In this document: positions 1 to 10,005 of the stretch, one piece after another | Numbering within the stretch: position 1 is the first letter of the stretch | Layout of the letters: each line of letters begins with the position of its first letter | NCBI GenBank assembly: GCA_004552445.1 | Contig: SFOJ01000007.1 | Location: 9,266 to 73,265, forward strand | DNA from: Mollicutes bacterium | Lineage (GTDB): Bacteria > Bacillota_I > Bacilli_A > RF39 > UBA660 | DNA length: 64,000 nucleotides | Direction: 5' to 3' | Made by a program: the position numbers and the translations under genes | Notes under the pieces: generated by a model | What the model was told of the DNA's origin: nothing | What the model saw: only the letters and a program-made list of their open reading frames with translations | Database searches by the model: none

Positions 1-1524
1 TATAAAGTAGGTGATACTGTATTAACTGGATACTCAATGGAATATATAGAAAGTCTTGGACTTTTAAAAATGGATTTTTTATCAATTAAGAACTTAAATA
101 CTATTTCTAATATTCTTGATGATATTAGAAGTGATGGTAAAAATTTAGATATAAATAATATAGATTTAAATGATAAAAGAACTTTATATTTGTTTAGTAA
201 AGCTTATACTACTGGTGTATTTCAATTTGAAAGTAGTGGTATGAAATCTTTTTTGAAAGAATTAGAAGTTGATTCATTTAATACTTTAGTAGATGCGATT
301 GCTTTATATAGACCTGGACCTCGTGAGATGATACCTACTTACATAAGAAGGAAAAAGGGTTTAGAAAAAGTGACTTATTTAATACCTGAACTTGAACCGA
401 TACTTAAAAGTACTTATGGAATTATAATATATCAAGAACAAGTTTTAGAAATACTTAGAAATATTGGTGGATATAGTTATGCAGAGGCTGATATTATCAG
501 AAGAGCTATGTCTAAAAAGAAAGAAAGTGTTATTGCATCTAATAAAGATAAGTTTATTAATGGAGTTATTTCTCATGGACATACTAAAGAGGTTGGAGAA
601 GAATTATATCAATTAATTATTAAATTTTCTTCTTATGGTTTTAATAAATCACATTCTGTGGTGTATTCAGTGGTAGCTTTTCAAATGGCATATTTAAAGA
701 TAAATTATACTTTATATTTTATGAAGAATTTACTTAATATGAATAAGAGTACTGAGAGTATAAAAGAATATATAGATGAAAGTAAAATTTTAGGAATAGA
801 GTTTTTACCCATGGATATAAACAAATCATGTAAGGAATTTATAATATCTGATAATAAACTTGTAATACCTTTTACTATTATTAAAAGTATAGCATCTACA
901 GTAAGTGAAGAAATTGAAAATGAAAGAAGTAAAGGTTTATTTAAGGATTTTTATGACTTTATGATTAGATGTTATAGTAAGAGTGTTAATAAAAGAGTAG
1001 TCATTGCTTTAATAGAATGCGGAGCTTTTGATAAGTTTGGTATTAATAAGAAAAGTTTAATAAATAGTTTTGATGAAGTACTTAATTATGTTACTTTGTG
1101 TAAAGATTTAAATATAGTTATTGATGAAAAACCTATTCTTGAAGATATCGAAGACTACACTGATAGAGAAATAATAGAAAATGAAATAATTAATTATGGT
1201 TTTTATTTATCTTTTCATCCAGTTACGAAGGTGGATAGAAGTAACTCTATAACACTTAAGGATTTTACTAGGTATTTTGATAAAGTTATATCTTGTATTT
1301 TATATGTTGAGAGTGTAAAAACTATTAAAACTAAGAATGGAGAAAAGATGTCATTTATTAAACTCAGTGATGAATTTAGATCTATTGAGGGTGTTGTTTT
1401 TCCTGATGCTTATAAAAAGATTGGCGAAATTAAGAAGAATTATGTATATAAAATTAATGCTAAAGTTGAAAAAAAAGATAACACTTATCAATTAATAGTG
1501 TATAATATGATTAATTTGGGTTAG
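1..1524 (+). CDS. dnaE: DNA polymerase III alpha subunit (DnaE-type), C-terminal part. The 5' end lies outside the window.
   Basis: The frame is open from base 1. It contains LKMDFLSIKNL, FQFES.GM, RPGP, IIYQEQV, FNKSHS and a C-terminal OB-fold-like region, all typical of DnaE. Confidence 0.85.
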   Translation, partial: YKVGDTVLTGYSMEYIESLGLLKMDFLSIKNLNTISNILDDIRSDGKNLDINNIDLNDKRTLYLFSKAYTTGVFQFESSGMKSFLKELEVDSFNTLVDAIALYRPGPREMIPTYIRRKKGLEKVTYLIPELEPILKSTYGIIIYQEQVLEILRNIGGYSYAEADIIRRAMSKKKESVIASNKDKFINGVISHGHTKEVGEELYQLIIKFSSYGFNKSHSVVYSVVAFQMAYLKINYTLYFMKNLLNMNKSTESIKEYIDESKILGIEFLPMDINKSCKEFIISDNKLVIPFTIIKSIASTVSEEIENERSKGLFKDFYDFMIRCYSKSVNKRVVIALIECGAFDKFGINKKSLINSFDEVLNYVTLCKDLNIVIDEKPILEDIEDYTDREIIENEIINYGFYLSFHPVTKVDRSNSITLKDFTRYFDKVISCILYVESVKTIKTKNGEKMSFIKLSDEFRSIEGVVFPDAYKKIGEIKKNYVYKINAKVEKKDNTYQLIVYNMINLG

Positions 1525-1534
1525 GTGAGAAAGT

Positions 1535-2590
1535 ATGGATGAAGAAAAGAAGAAGACTACTGCTAAGAAAAAAACAAATAACACTAAGAAAAGTACTGGA
1601 ACTAAAAAGAAAACTAATAACAGTAAAAAGAATAGTACTAAGAGTAGTAGTGTAAAAAGTAATACTAAGAAAACCACTTCAAAGAAAGCAAGTACTAATA
1701 AAAGTAAAACGACTAGTGTTAAAAAGAAAAGTACTAATACTAAGAAAGTTAGTGGTACTAAAAAGAAAACTACAAGTACCAAGAAAAAAGTAGTTAATAA
1801 AGAAATACCTAAAAAACAAAAAGAAGTAAAAGCAGAAGAAAAGAAAGATAATAAGAAAACTAAGATTATTCTTGATATTATTATATATGTATTTATTCTA
1901 GTTGTTATGGTGTGTTTAGTTCTTTTATATTTTAAGAGACAAGAAGACAATGAAATTATAAAGGAAATAGAAGAAACTGTTGTACCTAAGGAAATAGAAA
2001 TAATTGATGAAAAAACTGTTAAAGATTATATAAGTGATTTACAAATAAAATTTAATAATAGTGATATTAAAGGTATTTTAAATATTGGTGGTTTAGATGT
2101 TAATATTCCTATTGTTAAAGGAAAAGACAATGATTATTATTTAAGACATGCTGTTACTAAGAAGAAGAGTGTAATAGGTAGTGTATTTATTGATTATAGA
2201 AATAATACTAATTCTAGGCAAATAAATATATATGGACATAATAGTACTAAGTTTAATCCTCCATTTAAAGTATTGGAAGGATATTTAAATAAAGATTATT
2301 ATAATGAACATAAATATTTTGAGTTTATGGTAAATGATGAAACTCGAAAATATGAAATATTTAGTGTTATAGTTGCTAATAAGGATTCTAGTGAAGAACA
2401 TATGCAGTTTAGTTATAAAAAGGATTCTGATTGGTTAAAACATTTTCAAAGACTTCAAAAGAAAAGTAAATATAAAATAAATGTTACTGTAAATAAAAAT
2501 GATAAGATAATGGTACTTCAAACATGTATATTTGGTAGATATCATGACAAATTATTAGTAATAGTTGGAAGAGAAATAGAAAGAAAATAG
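1535..2590 (+). CDS. Class B-like sortase with a roughly 110-aa Lys/Thr/Ser-rich N-terminal tail and one TM helix
   Basis: The catalytic-domain hallmarks are present (IYGHN His motif, VLQTC Cys motif). A TM segment IILDIIIYVFILVVMVCLVLLYF follows the low-complexity KKKT/KKST region. Confidence 0.8.
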   Translation: MDEEKKKTTAKKKTNNTKKSTGTKKKTNNSKKNSTKSSSVKSNTKKTTSKKASTNKSKTTSVKKKSTNTKKVSGTKKKTTSTKKKVVNKEIPKKQKEVKAEEKKDNKKTKIILDIIIYVFILVVMVCLVLLYFKRQEDNEIIKEIEETVVPKEIEIIDEKTVKDYISDLQIKFNNSDIKGILNIGGLDVNIPIVKGKDNDYYLRHAVTKKKSVIGSVFIDYRNNTNSRQINIYGHNSTKFNPPFKVLEGYLNKDYYNEHKYFEFMVNDETRKYEIFSVIVANKDSSEEHMQFSYKKDSDWLKHFQRLQKKSKYKINVTVNKNDKIMVLQTCIFGRYHDKLLVIVGREIERK

Positions 2591-2653
2591 CAATGATTAA
2601 TTTCATTGCTATTTTTATGTATATAAAAAGCAGTAATTTTACTGCTTATTTTT
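2589..2653. terminator. Two adjacent hairpin terminators between convergent genes
   Basis: AGCAATGA-ttaatt-TCATTGCT is followed by a T-run (2589-2616). AAGCAGTA-N4-TACTGCTT is followed by a T-run (2628-2653). Confidence 0.7.
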
Positions 2654-4472
2654 AGTTAAATCTTTTTCTTAATATAATTGTAGTAATTAAAGTTATTACA
2701 CTAAATAATGTTGTTATTTCTAGTGCATTTGATGTGTCAATTCCAGTTTCTGGAACATCTTCTCCTCCAGTTCCACTGGTAAATTCATAAATATATGTAA
2801 CTGTTATTGTTCCATCAATATATTTACCTTTAGTTTCACCATTTACGTCAATTAAACTATAGTCTTCGAATTCTTTTTCTGTTGTGGCATATTCAGTTCC
2901 AACCTTTTCAGAATAAGTTGATTCTTCGCTCAATACGTTTCCTTTGTTATCAACGTATTTTACGATTAGTTTTCCATAGATTCCGTGAGCAGCTTTAATT
3001 GATAAAGTTCCTTCGTAGGTATTTGCTGGTATTTCATCTACATGTTTATTTTCTTTATCATGTGCATTCCATCTTGAATTTTTAGAGTCATCATACCATC
3101 CATCAATTTTATCAGTGCAATCTTTTGATTCTCCGGTTTTATCTTTTTTGCCACCATTTAGTGTCCAATCTGTTCCAGTTTTACCAAAATCAATAGTAGC
3201 ATGGTTGTTATATATTTTAGCATCTTTTGGTAATACAACTTTACCAGTAGCATTAATACCACCACCAAAGTTATCTTCATCTAAACCATAGAATGCTTCA
3301 TTGTTTTGAATTGAAACTTTAACGCCTTCTTCAATTAATAACTCTCCGTTAGCTTCTCCTGAGTATCCAACTTTAACAGTACTTACTCTAATACCATTTG
3401 CTTTGTTGTTATTTACTTCTAGAATTGCTCCTTTTTCAAATTTTATAGAAGAACCAATCCAAAAAGCTCCATATCTATATGCTGTTTTATTATTACCATT
3501 TATATATACTTTTGATTTACCATCTACTAGTGAAGGATTTTCACTTTTTCCTATGAATAAACCACTATATCCATTGTTATTTAAATTTAATGTAGAATTT
3601 TTAACTGTTAATTCATGAACACTTAATCCAAGTACATTATTATTTTCAAATGTAACGTTAGAATTAATAGCTGTGAATTTACCACCGTTAGAACCATTAT
3701 TAGTACAATTGATTACTTTGAATGTAGAATTTTCAACATAAATAACTGGACTATTTACATAACCTCTGTTTGTTCCATCAATGATAAATGTAGAACCATT
3801 AGTAACTTTTATTGTAGATTTACCTGTTTTATCTAATTGAATTCCTTCTCCAGTAATTCCTTTAGTTTCATGTCCTATAATTTTAAATGTAGATGCGTTA
3901 TCTACAACAATAGATGAACCTGAATTCATATAAAGAGCATTTTTAGTTCCTGTAGTTTTTGAGTTGAATTCCATTATCATAGTTGCTCCATCAAGTACTT
4001 TAATAGAACCAGATGTAGCTAGCATTAGCCAATTTCCTTTTTCACCATTTGTCCAGTGTAATTTAACATTTTTTCCTTTTAATGTTAAATCTTTTTTATA
4101 ACCATTTAAAGTATAATTATTAATAGTTATAGTTCCATTACCAGTAAATGTTAAATTTTTATCTAGTAATGCTGTTAAATTACAATTATCAAGTAAAATT
4201 ATTTCTTCACCATCTTGCACGTTTTTAACTGCTTCATCAAGTGTTTCATATTTTGTTTCTCCAATTTGAGCTACATATGTTTTAACATCTTCACCAGATG
4301 CTAAAATAATTTCTTTAGTAGTTTCATTATTAACAACTTCGGTTTCATTGTTAATACTTTCTTCTACTATAGTAGTTGCTTCTTCATTAACTTCTAATAC
4401 TTCTGATTCTTCAGCAGAAATAGTATTAAAAATTAGAGTAAATGCAACTATAGAAAGTAAAACTTTCTTCAT
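2652..4472 (-). CDS. Cell-wall-anchored surface protein with signal peptide, repetitive beta-rich passenger, MucBP-like domain and a VPETG sorting signal
   Basis: The N-terminus is MKKVLLSIVAFTLIFNTISAEE. A MucBP-like segment reads LIVKYVDNKGNVLSEE...TVTYIYEF. The C-terminus is DVPETG plus a hydrophobic stretch plus RKRFN. An RBS GGGAGG lies upstream. Confidence 0.8.
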   Translation of the reverse strand: MKKVLLSIVAFTLIFNTISAEESEVLEVNEEATTIVEESINNETEVVNNETTKEIILASGEDVKTYVAQIGETKYETLDEAVKNVQDGEEIILLDNCNLTALLDKNLTFTGNGTITINNYTLNGYKKDLTLKGKNVKLHWTNGEKGNWLMLATSGSIKVLDGATMIMEFNSKTTGTKNALYMNSGSSIVVDNASTFKIIGHETKGITGEGIQLDKTGKSTIKVTNGSTFIIDGTNRGYVNSPVIYVENSTFKVINCTNNGSNGGKFTAINSNVTFENNNVLGLSVHELTVKNSTLNLNNNGYSGLFIGKSENPSLVDGKSKVYINGNNKTAYRYGAFWIGSSIKFEKGAILEVNNNKANGIRVSTVKVGYSGEANGELLIEEGVKVSIQNNEAFYGLDEDNFGGGINATGKVVLPKDAKIYNNHATIDFGKTGTDWTLNGGKKDKTGESKDCTDKIDGWYDDSKNSRWNAHDKENKHVDEIPANTYEGTLSIKAAHGIYGKLIVKYVDNKGNVLSEESTYSEKVGTEYATTEKEFEDYSLIDVNGETKGKYIDGTITVTYIYEFTSGTGGEDVPETGIDTSNALEITTLFSVITLITTIILRKRFN

Positions 4473-4652
4473 TTTAAAAAAACCTCCCTTAAATTATATG
4501 CGATTTGTTAAGGGAAGAGTAGTTGTATTACTTCTTTTCCCAAAACCCCCTTATCGCTAACGAGTTGTTATTATAACATGTTTTTTATTTTTTTCAATAC
4601 TTTATATTCAAAAATTATGTTTTTTACTACAAAAACAGTATAAAAATTAATA

Positions 4653-6158
4653 CTATCTTAATTTTTTAAATCTTTTTCTTAAAATTACTGCTACAGTTAG
4701 TGTAATTACACTAAAAATAGTAGTGATTTCTAAAGTGTTATTAGTGTTAACTGCAGTATTAGGTACATCGTCTCCACCTTTACCATCTACAAATTCATAA
4801 ATGTATGTAACAATTATATCTTCATTTTGATAAAGACCTGTTTCATTACCTTCAACTTTTATTAATGCATAACCATTAATATCTTTTGCATTTGTTTTAT
4901 AATCGTCATTTACCATACTACTTGTAATAACGTCTTCACTTAAAACATTTCCTTTGATATCAATGTATTTTGCAATAACTCTTCCTTTTTCAGCAGTATA
5001 TGATAAATGTGCATGTCCTGTAATTCTATAGTTCATGAATGCATTTCCTGTAAGTGGACCATTTAGGTGCATATTTGTATTCATAGAATTTTCACTTTTA
5101 CTATTTAATTTTCCTAAATTCTTTTTAACTGCATTGTCACCTTTAGATTCATTTCTCATATATTCTCCAGATGCATATTCATGTTGATTTTTATCATTAA
5201 TTTCTTCATCATCTAATGAAACACCTAATAGGTAATTGTATAAGAAATCAAAATGTAGTGCAATTAATGTTGCGTTTTCTTCTTTAATTCCATCACCATC
5301 TAAAATGTAATAGTTTCCATCGAAGATTTTTGATAGTTCGTTTACTGTGAAGTCACTTAATTTAGTAACTTTTTTGTTGTTTTCTGTATATTTGAAATAA
5401 TCATTATAGAAATCTAAATAATACTTATCTAATTCATCGATTCCATTATATGTTTTTCCGTTGTATCCTTTTTCTCTTAATAATTTATCAAGATTTTCAG
5501 TTGTCGCTAAGACACATTTTTTGTTTTCATCACATGTTAATGCAACTAATGCTTTATTTTTTGTTCTATAGTATTGATGAACATCATTTAATCCTTCACC
5601 ATTGAATAGATAATCTCCATCTTTGATTTTTTCAAATCCTAATTCTTTTAATTCATCTGAAGTGTAAGGATAAATTACAAATGAATTTTCATCATAATTG
5701 TAATTATATTTAGAGTTATTAATTATTGTTAAATTTACTTTAACAGTGTCTCTAGGCATTAAAAGTGGTGCATTAGCTTCTTCTTGTCCCCAAGCAATAA
5801 CTTCAAATATATCAGGGTTAATAATTAGACTATCTTTATTGTAGTCTTCTGGAATAGTATAGGTTAAGTCAAAATTTATTGTTCTTAATCCATCTTTTTT
5901 AGTTATTCCAACATACTTCCAAGAAACTGTAACCCCATCACTTGTTTTAGTACTGCTAGGTTGAATAGCAGCCCATTTGTATTCTTCAGTTTCTTCTTTT
6001 ACATCATTTGATGTATCAGTAGTATTTGTTTCTTCTACATTAGTAGTTAAAACTGTTTCAGTAACTTCATTATCATTTTCTAATACTTCTACTTCTTCAG
6101 CAAAAACAGTATTAAAAATCATAAGAAAAGCAACTAATGAAAGTAAAACTTTCTTCAT
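4653..6158 (-). CDS. Second cell-wall-anchored surface protein (paralogous ends, different passenger) with MucBP-like domain and a VPNTA sorting signal
   Basis: The start is taken at MKKVLLSLVAFLMIFNTVFAEE, preceded by GGGAGG. The MucBP-like segment is VIAKYIDIKGNVLSED...VTYIYEF. The C-terminus is DVPNTA plus a hydrophobic stretch plus RKRFKKLR. Confidence 0.75.
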   Translation of the reverse strand: MKKVLLSLVAFLMIFNTVFAEEVEVLENDNEVTETVLTTNVEETNTTDTSNDVKEETEEYKWAAIQPSSTKTSDGVTVSWKYVGITKKDGLRTINFDLTYTIPEDYNKDSLIINPDIFEVIAWGQEEANAPLLMPRDTVKVNLTIINNSKYNYNYDENSFVIYPYTSDELKELGFEKIKDGDYLFNGEGLNDVHQYYRTKNKALVALTCDENKKCVLATTENLDKLLREKGYNGKTYNGIDELDKYYLDFYNDYFKYTENNKKVTKLSDFTVNELSKIFDGNYYILDGDGIKEENATLIALHFDFLYNYLLGVSLDDEEINDKNQHEYASGEYMRNESKGDNAVKKNLGKLNSKSENSMNTNMHLNGPLTGNAFMNYRITGHAHLSYTAEKGRVIAKYIDIKGNVLSEDVITSSMVNDDYKTNAKDINGYALIKVEGNETGLYQNEDIIVTYIYEFVDGKGGDDVPNTAVNTNNTLEITTIFSVITLTVAVILRKRFKKLR

Positions 6159-6292
6159 TTCAAAACCTCCCATAAATTATATGCAATAAATATTATTGCC
6201 TTGTAAGTATGATATTATATATGAATAAAAATATTTTGCAAGCAATAATTCATATATTTTTCACTTTTGTTAATAATAATAATGGTGAAATT

Positions 6293-6799
6293 ATGTTTTA
6301 TATAAATTTTTTCTTATTTTTTTCAATATTTGGTTATTTATTTGAGACATTATGTGCTTATATTTTTAAATCTGGATTTAATAGTGGTATATTATATGGA
6401 CCTTGGACTCCTTTATACGGATTTGGTGTAATAATTATAATGTTACTTTCTAATAAGATTTTTGAAAGTTTACATTTAAACAAAGTAGTAGAAACTATAG
6501 TAGTATTTGTTGTTATAACGATAGTACTTACTGTACTTGAATGGTTAGGTGGAGTTTTAATTGAAAAGCTATTTCATATTACTTTTTGGGATTATAGTAA
6601 TTATAAATATCATATTGGAAAATATGTTTCACTTGAAATGAGTTTACTTTGGGGAGTAGGTGGTATTATTCTTATATATTTGGTTATTCCATATGTTTGT
6701 GAATTCATAAAAAAGATACCATTCTTTATTACAATGTTTTTAAGTTCTTTATTTATTATTGATGTTATTGTGACAACTATTAATAAGTTAAAAAAATAA
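6293..6799 (+). CDS. Polytopic membrane protein resembling the 'putative ABC-transporter type IV' (CmpB-like) family
   Basis: The start is taken at MFYINFF. The family-like motif is GYLFETL...ILYGPW.P.YGFG. Several TM helices are visible. Confidence 0.45.
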   Translation: MFYINFFLFFSIFGYLFETLCAYIFKSGFNSGILYGPWTPLYGFGVIIIMLLSNKIFESLHLNKVVETIVVFVVITIVLTVLEWLGGVLIEKLFHITFWDYSNYKYHIGKYVSLEMSLLWGVGGIILIYLVIPYVCEFIKKIPFFITMFLSSLFIIDVIVTTINKLKK

Positions 6800-6867
6800 T
6801 AGTTGTTTTTAATTGAATTTAGTAGTTAAAAATGTTATATTTATATTAGTAAAAGTAGGTGACTAGT

Positions 6868-9423
6868 ATGGGTATGTCTGATAAATTATTTGGTAATTAT
6901 ACTAATCAAAATAAAAATAGAATTAAACGTATAGTTGAAAGAATTGATAGTAGTTCTATTAAGGATAAATATTCTTCTATGAGTGATGAGGAATTAAAAG
7001 AAATGACTTCTAAATTTAAAGAGGAAATAAAAAATGGTAAAACTCTTGATGATATACTTGTTGATGCATTAGCTGTTTGTCGTGAAGTTACTAAAAGACA
7101 ACTTGGTATGTTTCATTACAATGTTCAGTTAGAGGCTGCTGTTGCAATGCATGATAATGCAATTGCTGAAATGAAGACTGGAGAAGGAAAAACTTTAGTT
7201 CAAATATTATCTGCATATTTAAATGCATTAGAGGGAAAGGGAGTACATGTTATTACTTCAAATGATTACTTAGCTGGAAGAGATATGGAACAAAATATAA
7301 AAGTTTTTGAAGCTTTGGGTTTATCTTGTGGAAATGTCCTTCCTAAAGCCAAAATGAGTACTAGAGAAAGACGTGCTGTTTATGACTGCGATATAGTTTA
7401 TGGTACTGCGTCGACTATTGCTTTTGATTATTTAAGTGATAATAGAGTAATGAATCCTAATGATAGAGTTAATAGAAGAGGATTTAATTATGCAATAATA
7501 GATGAAGTTGACAGTATTTTACTTGATGATGGTATTACTCCACTTATAAGTGCTGAAACTTTAAAACCAGAAGAAGGTGAACCTTCAGATAAATATACAA
7601 GTATATATAAATGGGCTTGTGATTTTGTAGAAGATAATGGTATTACATGTCAAGGATATGATAAAGAGAGTTATTACGATTCTCATAAAGAGGAAATGAT
7701 AGCTAATGAAAAAGCAAGTAATTCGAAAATTGCTGATGCTGTTGTTTTCCATGATAGTGTTAATGCAATTATTAGACCTAAGTTAGAAAGTAAAATAATT
7801 AAAGATTTATGGCCTGGTAAAAAATGGGAAGATTTGACACCTGAAGAACAAGGAGAATATCATTTAAGGGTTGAAGCAGTACGTTGTTATTTACTTGCAA
7901 AATTTCATTATAAGAGTGGTACTCATTATAGTGTTAGACCTAGTAAAAGTGGTGAAAAAGATAAAGATGGTCTTCCAAAGTATAATGTTGAAATAATAGG
8001 AGAAAATACTGGTAGAATACTTCAAGGAAGAAGGTTTATGAATGGTATTCATGAATGTTTAGAAGCTAAAGAAGCTAGAATTGCTAGAACTGAGGGAAGG
8101 AAATATAGTGTTGATATAAAGGAACCTACAGTTACTACAGCAATGTGCACTTATCCTGATTTCTTTGGTTTATATAAAAGTGGTATTTGTGGTATGACAG
8201 GAACTAGTAATGAACAGGATTTTATGGATATATACGGTCTTCCAACTTATAGTGTTCCTAGTAGAAAAACTAATATTAGAAGAGATATGCCTGATGAAGT
8301 TTATGCAACTAAAAATGCTAAATATAAAGCAATTATTGAAGAAGTAATTAAGTGTCAAGAAACATTACAACCTGTATTAATTGGTGTTACTAGTGTTGAA
8401 GAAAGTATGCTTGTTTCTAAACTTTTGGCTGAACAGGGAATAAGACATTCAGTTTTAAATGCTGAACAAGATGCTAATGAAAATGGTATTATTCAAAACG
8501 CTGGACAACTTGGTAGAGTAACAATTGCAACAAATATGGCTGGACGTGGTACTGATATTAAATTAGGCGAAGGTGTTCGTGAAGTTGGTGGTTTGTATGT
8601 TATTGGTACTACTAGAAATAGAAGTGAAAGAGTTGATAATCAATTAAAAGGTAGAGCTGGAAGACAAGGAGATCCAGGACAAACAAAATTTTATGCTTCA
8701 CTTGAAGATGAATTTGTTCGTAAGCGTGCTGGAGAGAGTCTTATTAAGTGTATGTCTAAGTATTATAATAAAGCTAAAATTACTGTTAAGAAAGTTGTTA
8801 ATTTAGTTGTAGGATGCCAAAAAAGTCAAGAAGCAGAAGATAAAAAGTCTAGAATAATAGGTGAAAAATATAATAGTGTGCTTACTACTCAGAAAAATGG
8901 AGTATATGAATATAGAAATCTAATACTTGATTCTAAAAGTGTTATGCCTCTTTTAGAAGATTCAGTAGATAGATTTATAGATGATTTATTTCAAAGAAGT
9001 ACCGAAGAGGAAATACAAGTTAAAATTGGTCATTTGGTTGATTTAGAAAAATATAGGGACATAAGAAAAAAGAAAGAAATGAAAAGTGCTATTTGTACAG
9101 ATATAAAACATAAATTACATACTATTAAGGTTACCCCAGAGTATGAGAAAAGTATGAAAACTAAAATGTTAAAAATACTTGATGATTACTGGATATCTCA
9201 AATGGGATATTTAGAAGATATGAAAAAGGGTTCAGGATTATCTGTTTATGCTGAAAAAGATCCATATGAAGAATATAAAATAAATGCAACTATGCAGTTT
9301 GCAGATATGATAAGTTATGTTAGAAATGAAATGTTAACTTATGCACTTAATCCAAACTTAAAATATGGTGAATATCATGTACCAGAAATTGATTATAGTG
9401 AAAGTGAGATGATTAGATTATGA
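6868..9423 (+). CDS. secA: Divergent SecA-family preprotein translocase ATPase (candidate accessory SecA2)
   Basis: It contains AEMKTGEGKTL (Walker A), LNALEGKGVHVITSNDYLAGRD, IIDEVDSILLDD, MAGRGTDIKLG and LKGRAGRQGDPG. There is no Cys-rich C-terminal Zn finger, and several normally invariant blocks are diverged. Confidence 0.85.
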   Translation: MGMSDKLFGNYTNQNKNRIKRIVERIDSSSIKDKYSSMSDEELKEMTSKFKEEIKNGKTLDDILVDALAVCREVTKRQLGMFHYNVQLEAAVAMHDNAIAEMKTGEGKTLVQILSAYLNALEGKGVHVITSNDYLAGRDMEQNIKVFEALGLSCGNVLPKAKMSTRERRAVYDCDIVYGTASTIAFDYLSDNRVMNPNDRVNRRGFNYAIIDEVDSILLDDGITPLISAETLKPEEGEPSDKYTSIYKWACDFVEDNGITCQGYDKESYYDSHKEEMIANEKASNSKIADAVVFHDSVNAIIRPKLESKIIKDLWPGKKWEDLTPEEQGEYHLRVEAVRCYLLAKFHYKSGTHYSVRPSKSGEKDKDGLPKYNVEIIGENTGRILQGRRFMNGIHECLEAKEARIARTEGRKYSVDIKEPTVTTAMCTYPDFFGLYKSGICGMTGTSNEQDFMDIYGLPTYSVPSRKTNIRRDMPDEVYATKNAKYKAIIEEVIKCQETLQPVLIGVTSVEESMLVSKLLAEQGIRHSVLNAEQDANENGIIQNAGQLGRVTIATNMAGRGTDIKLGEGVREVGGLYVIGTTRNRSERVDNQLKGRAGRQGDPGQTKFYASLEDEFVRKRAGESLIKCMSKYYNKAKITVKKVVNLVVGCQKSQEAEDKKSRIIGEKYNSVLTTQKNGVYEYRNLILDSKSVMPLLEDSVDRFIDDLFQRSTEEEIQVKIGHLVDLEKYRDIRKKKEMKSAICTDIKHKLHTIKVTPEYEKSMKTKMLKILDDYWISQMGYLEDMKKGSGLSVYAEKDPYEEYKINATMQFADMISYVRNEMLTYALNPNLKYGEYHVPEIDYSESEMIRL

Positions 9424-9911
9424 AAATAATTTTTAATATTTTTAGAGGATTAATAATAACATATTTAATTGTTCTTGCTTTCTTATTTGTTATTTTATAT
9501 GTGAAAAAAAACTCTTATCATGAAGATTATTTAGATGTAAAAGGGTATTCATATTATAAAATTGATAATGCAACTTTAGAACCTGATATTCGTAAGAATA
9601 ATATAGTTATTCTTAAAAATAGTGAAGATATAGAAGTTGGAGATTATGTAACTTTCTTAGAGGGTGATGAGAAGAAAGTTGTACTTAGAAAAGTAGTTGA
9701 AAGAAATGAATATAGATTGGTTGTTGATGTAACAAATAATTATGAAAATAAAAATTATAAAACTGAAATAAATATTGATGAAGTTAAAGCAAAGATGGTA
9801 TATAATAATAATACATTTAGTAGTATTATGAATATATTATTAAATCCAGTAATTTTAGTTATCTTATTTTTTCTAGGTACTATTTTTCCTGAATTTGTAT
9901 TTAATAAGTAG
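9420..9911 (+). CDS. SipW/archaeal-type signal-peptidase-like membrane protein with substituted catalytic positions
   Basis: The ATGA start overlaps the secA stop. It has an N-terminal TM, NATLEP in place of SGSMEP, GDYVTF, VLRKVV in place of VTHRIV, and a C-terminal TM. The layout matches SipW as I recall it. Confidence 0.4.
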   Translation: MKIIFNIFRGLIITYLIVLAFLFVILYVKKNSYHEDYLDVKGYSYYKIDNATLEPDIRKNNIVILKNSEDIEVGDYVTFLEGDEKKVVLRKVVERNEYRLVVDVTNNYENKNYKTEINIDEVKAKMVYNNNTFSSIMNILLNPVILVILFFLGTIFPEFVFNK

Positions 9912-10005
9912 ATGATGAAGTATCTTATAAAGATAATAAATTAATTATACTTTAATAGTTATACCTGTAGTTATTTTATTAATAATATTATTTTTTATTA
10001 AACCT

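Noticed and set aside
1492-1950. 152-aa minus-strand ORF, rich in Leu/Phe/Val
   Set aside because: It is the antisense reading of the Lys-rich (AAG/AAA) tail of the sortase gene. It is a low-complexity mirror artefact with no RBS.
3403-3618. Short plus-strand ORFs (3403-3618, 4348-4560, 5977-6189) overlapping the surface-protein genes
   Set aside because: They are antisense to well-supported genes with signal peptides and sorting signals. They have no RBS and no recognisable motifs.
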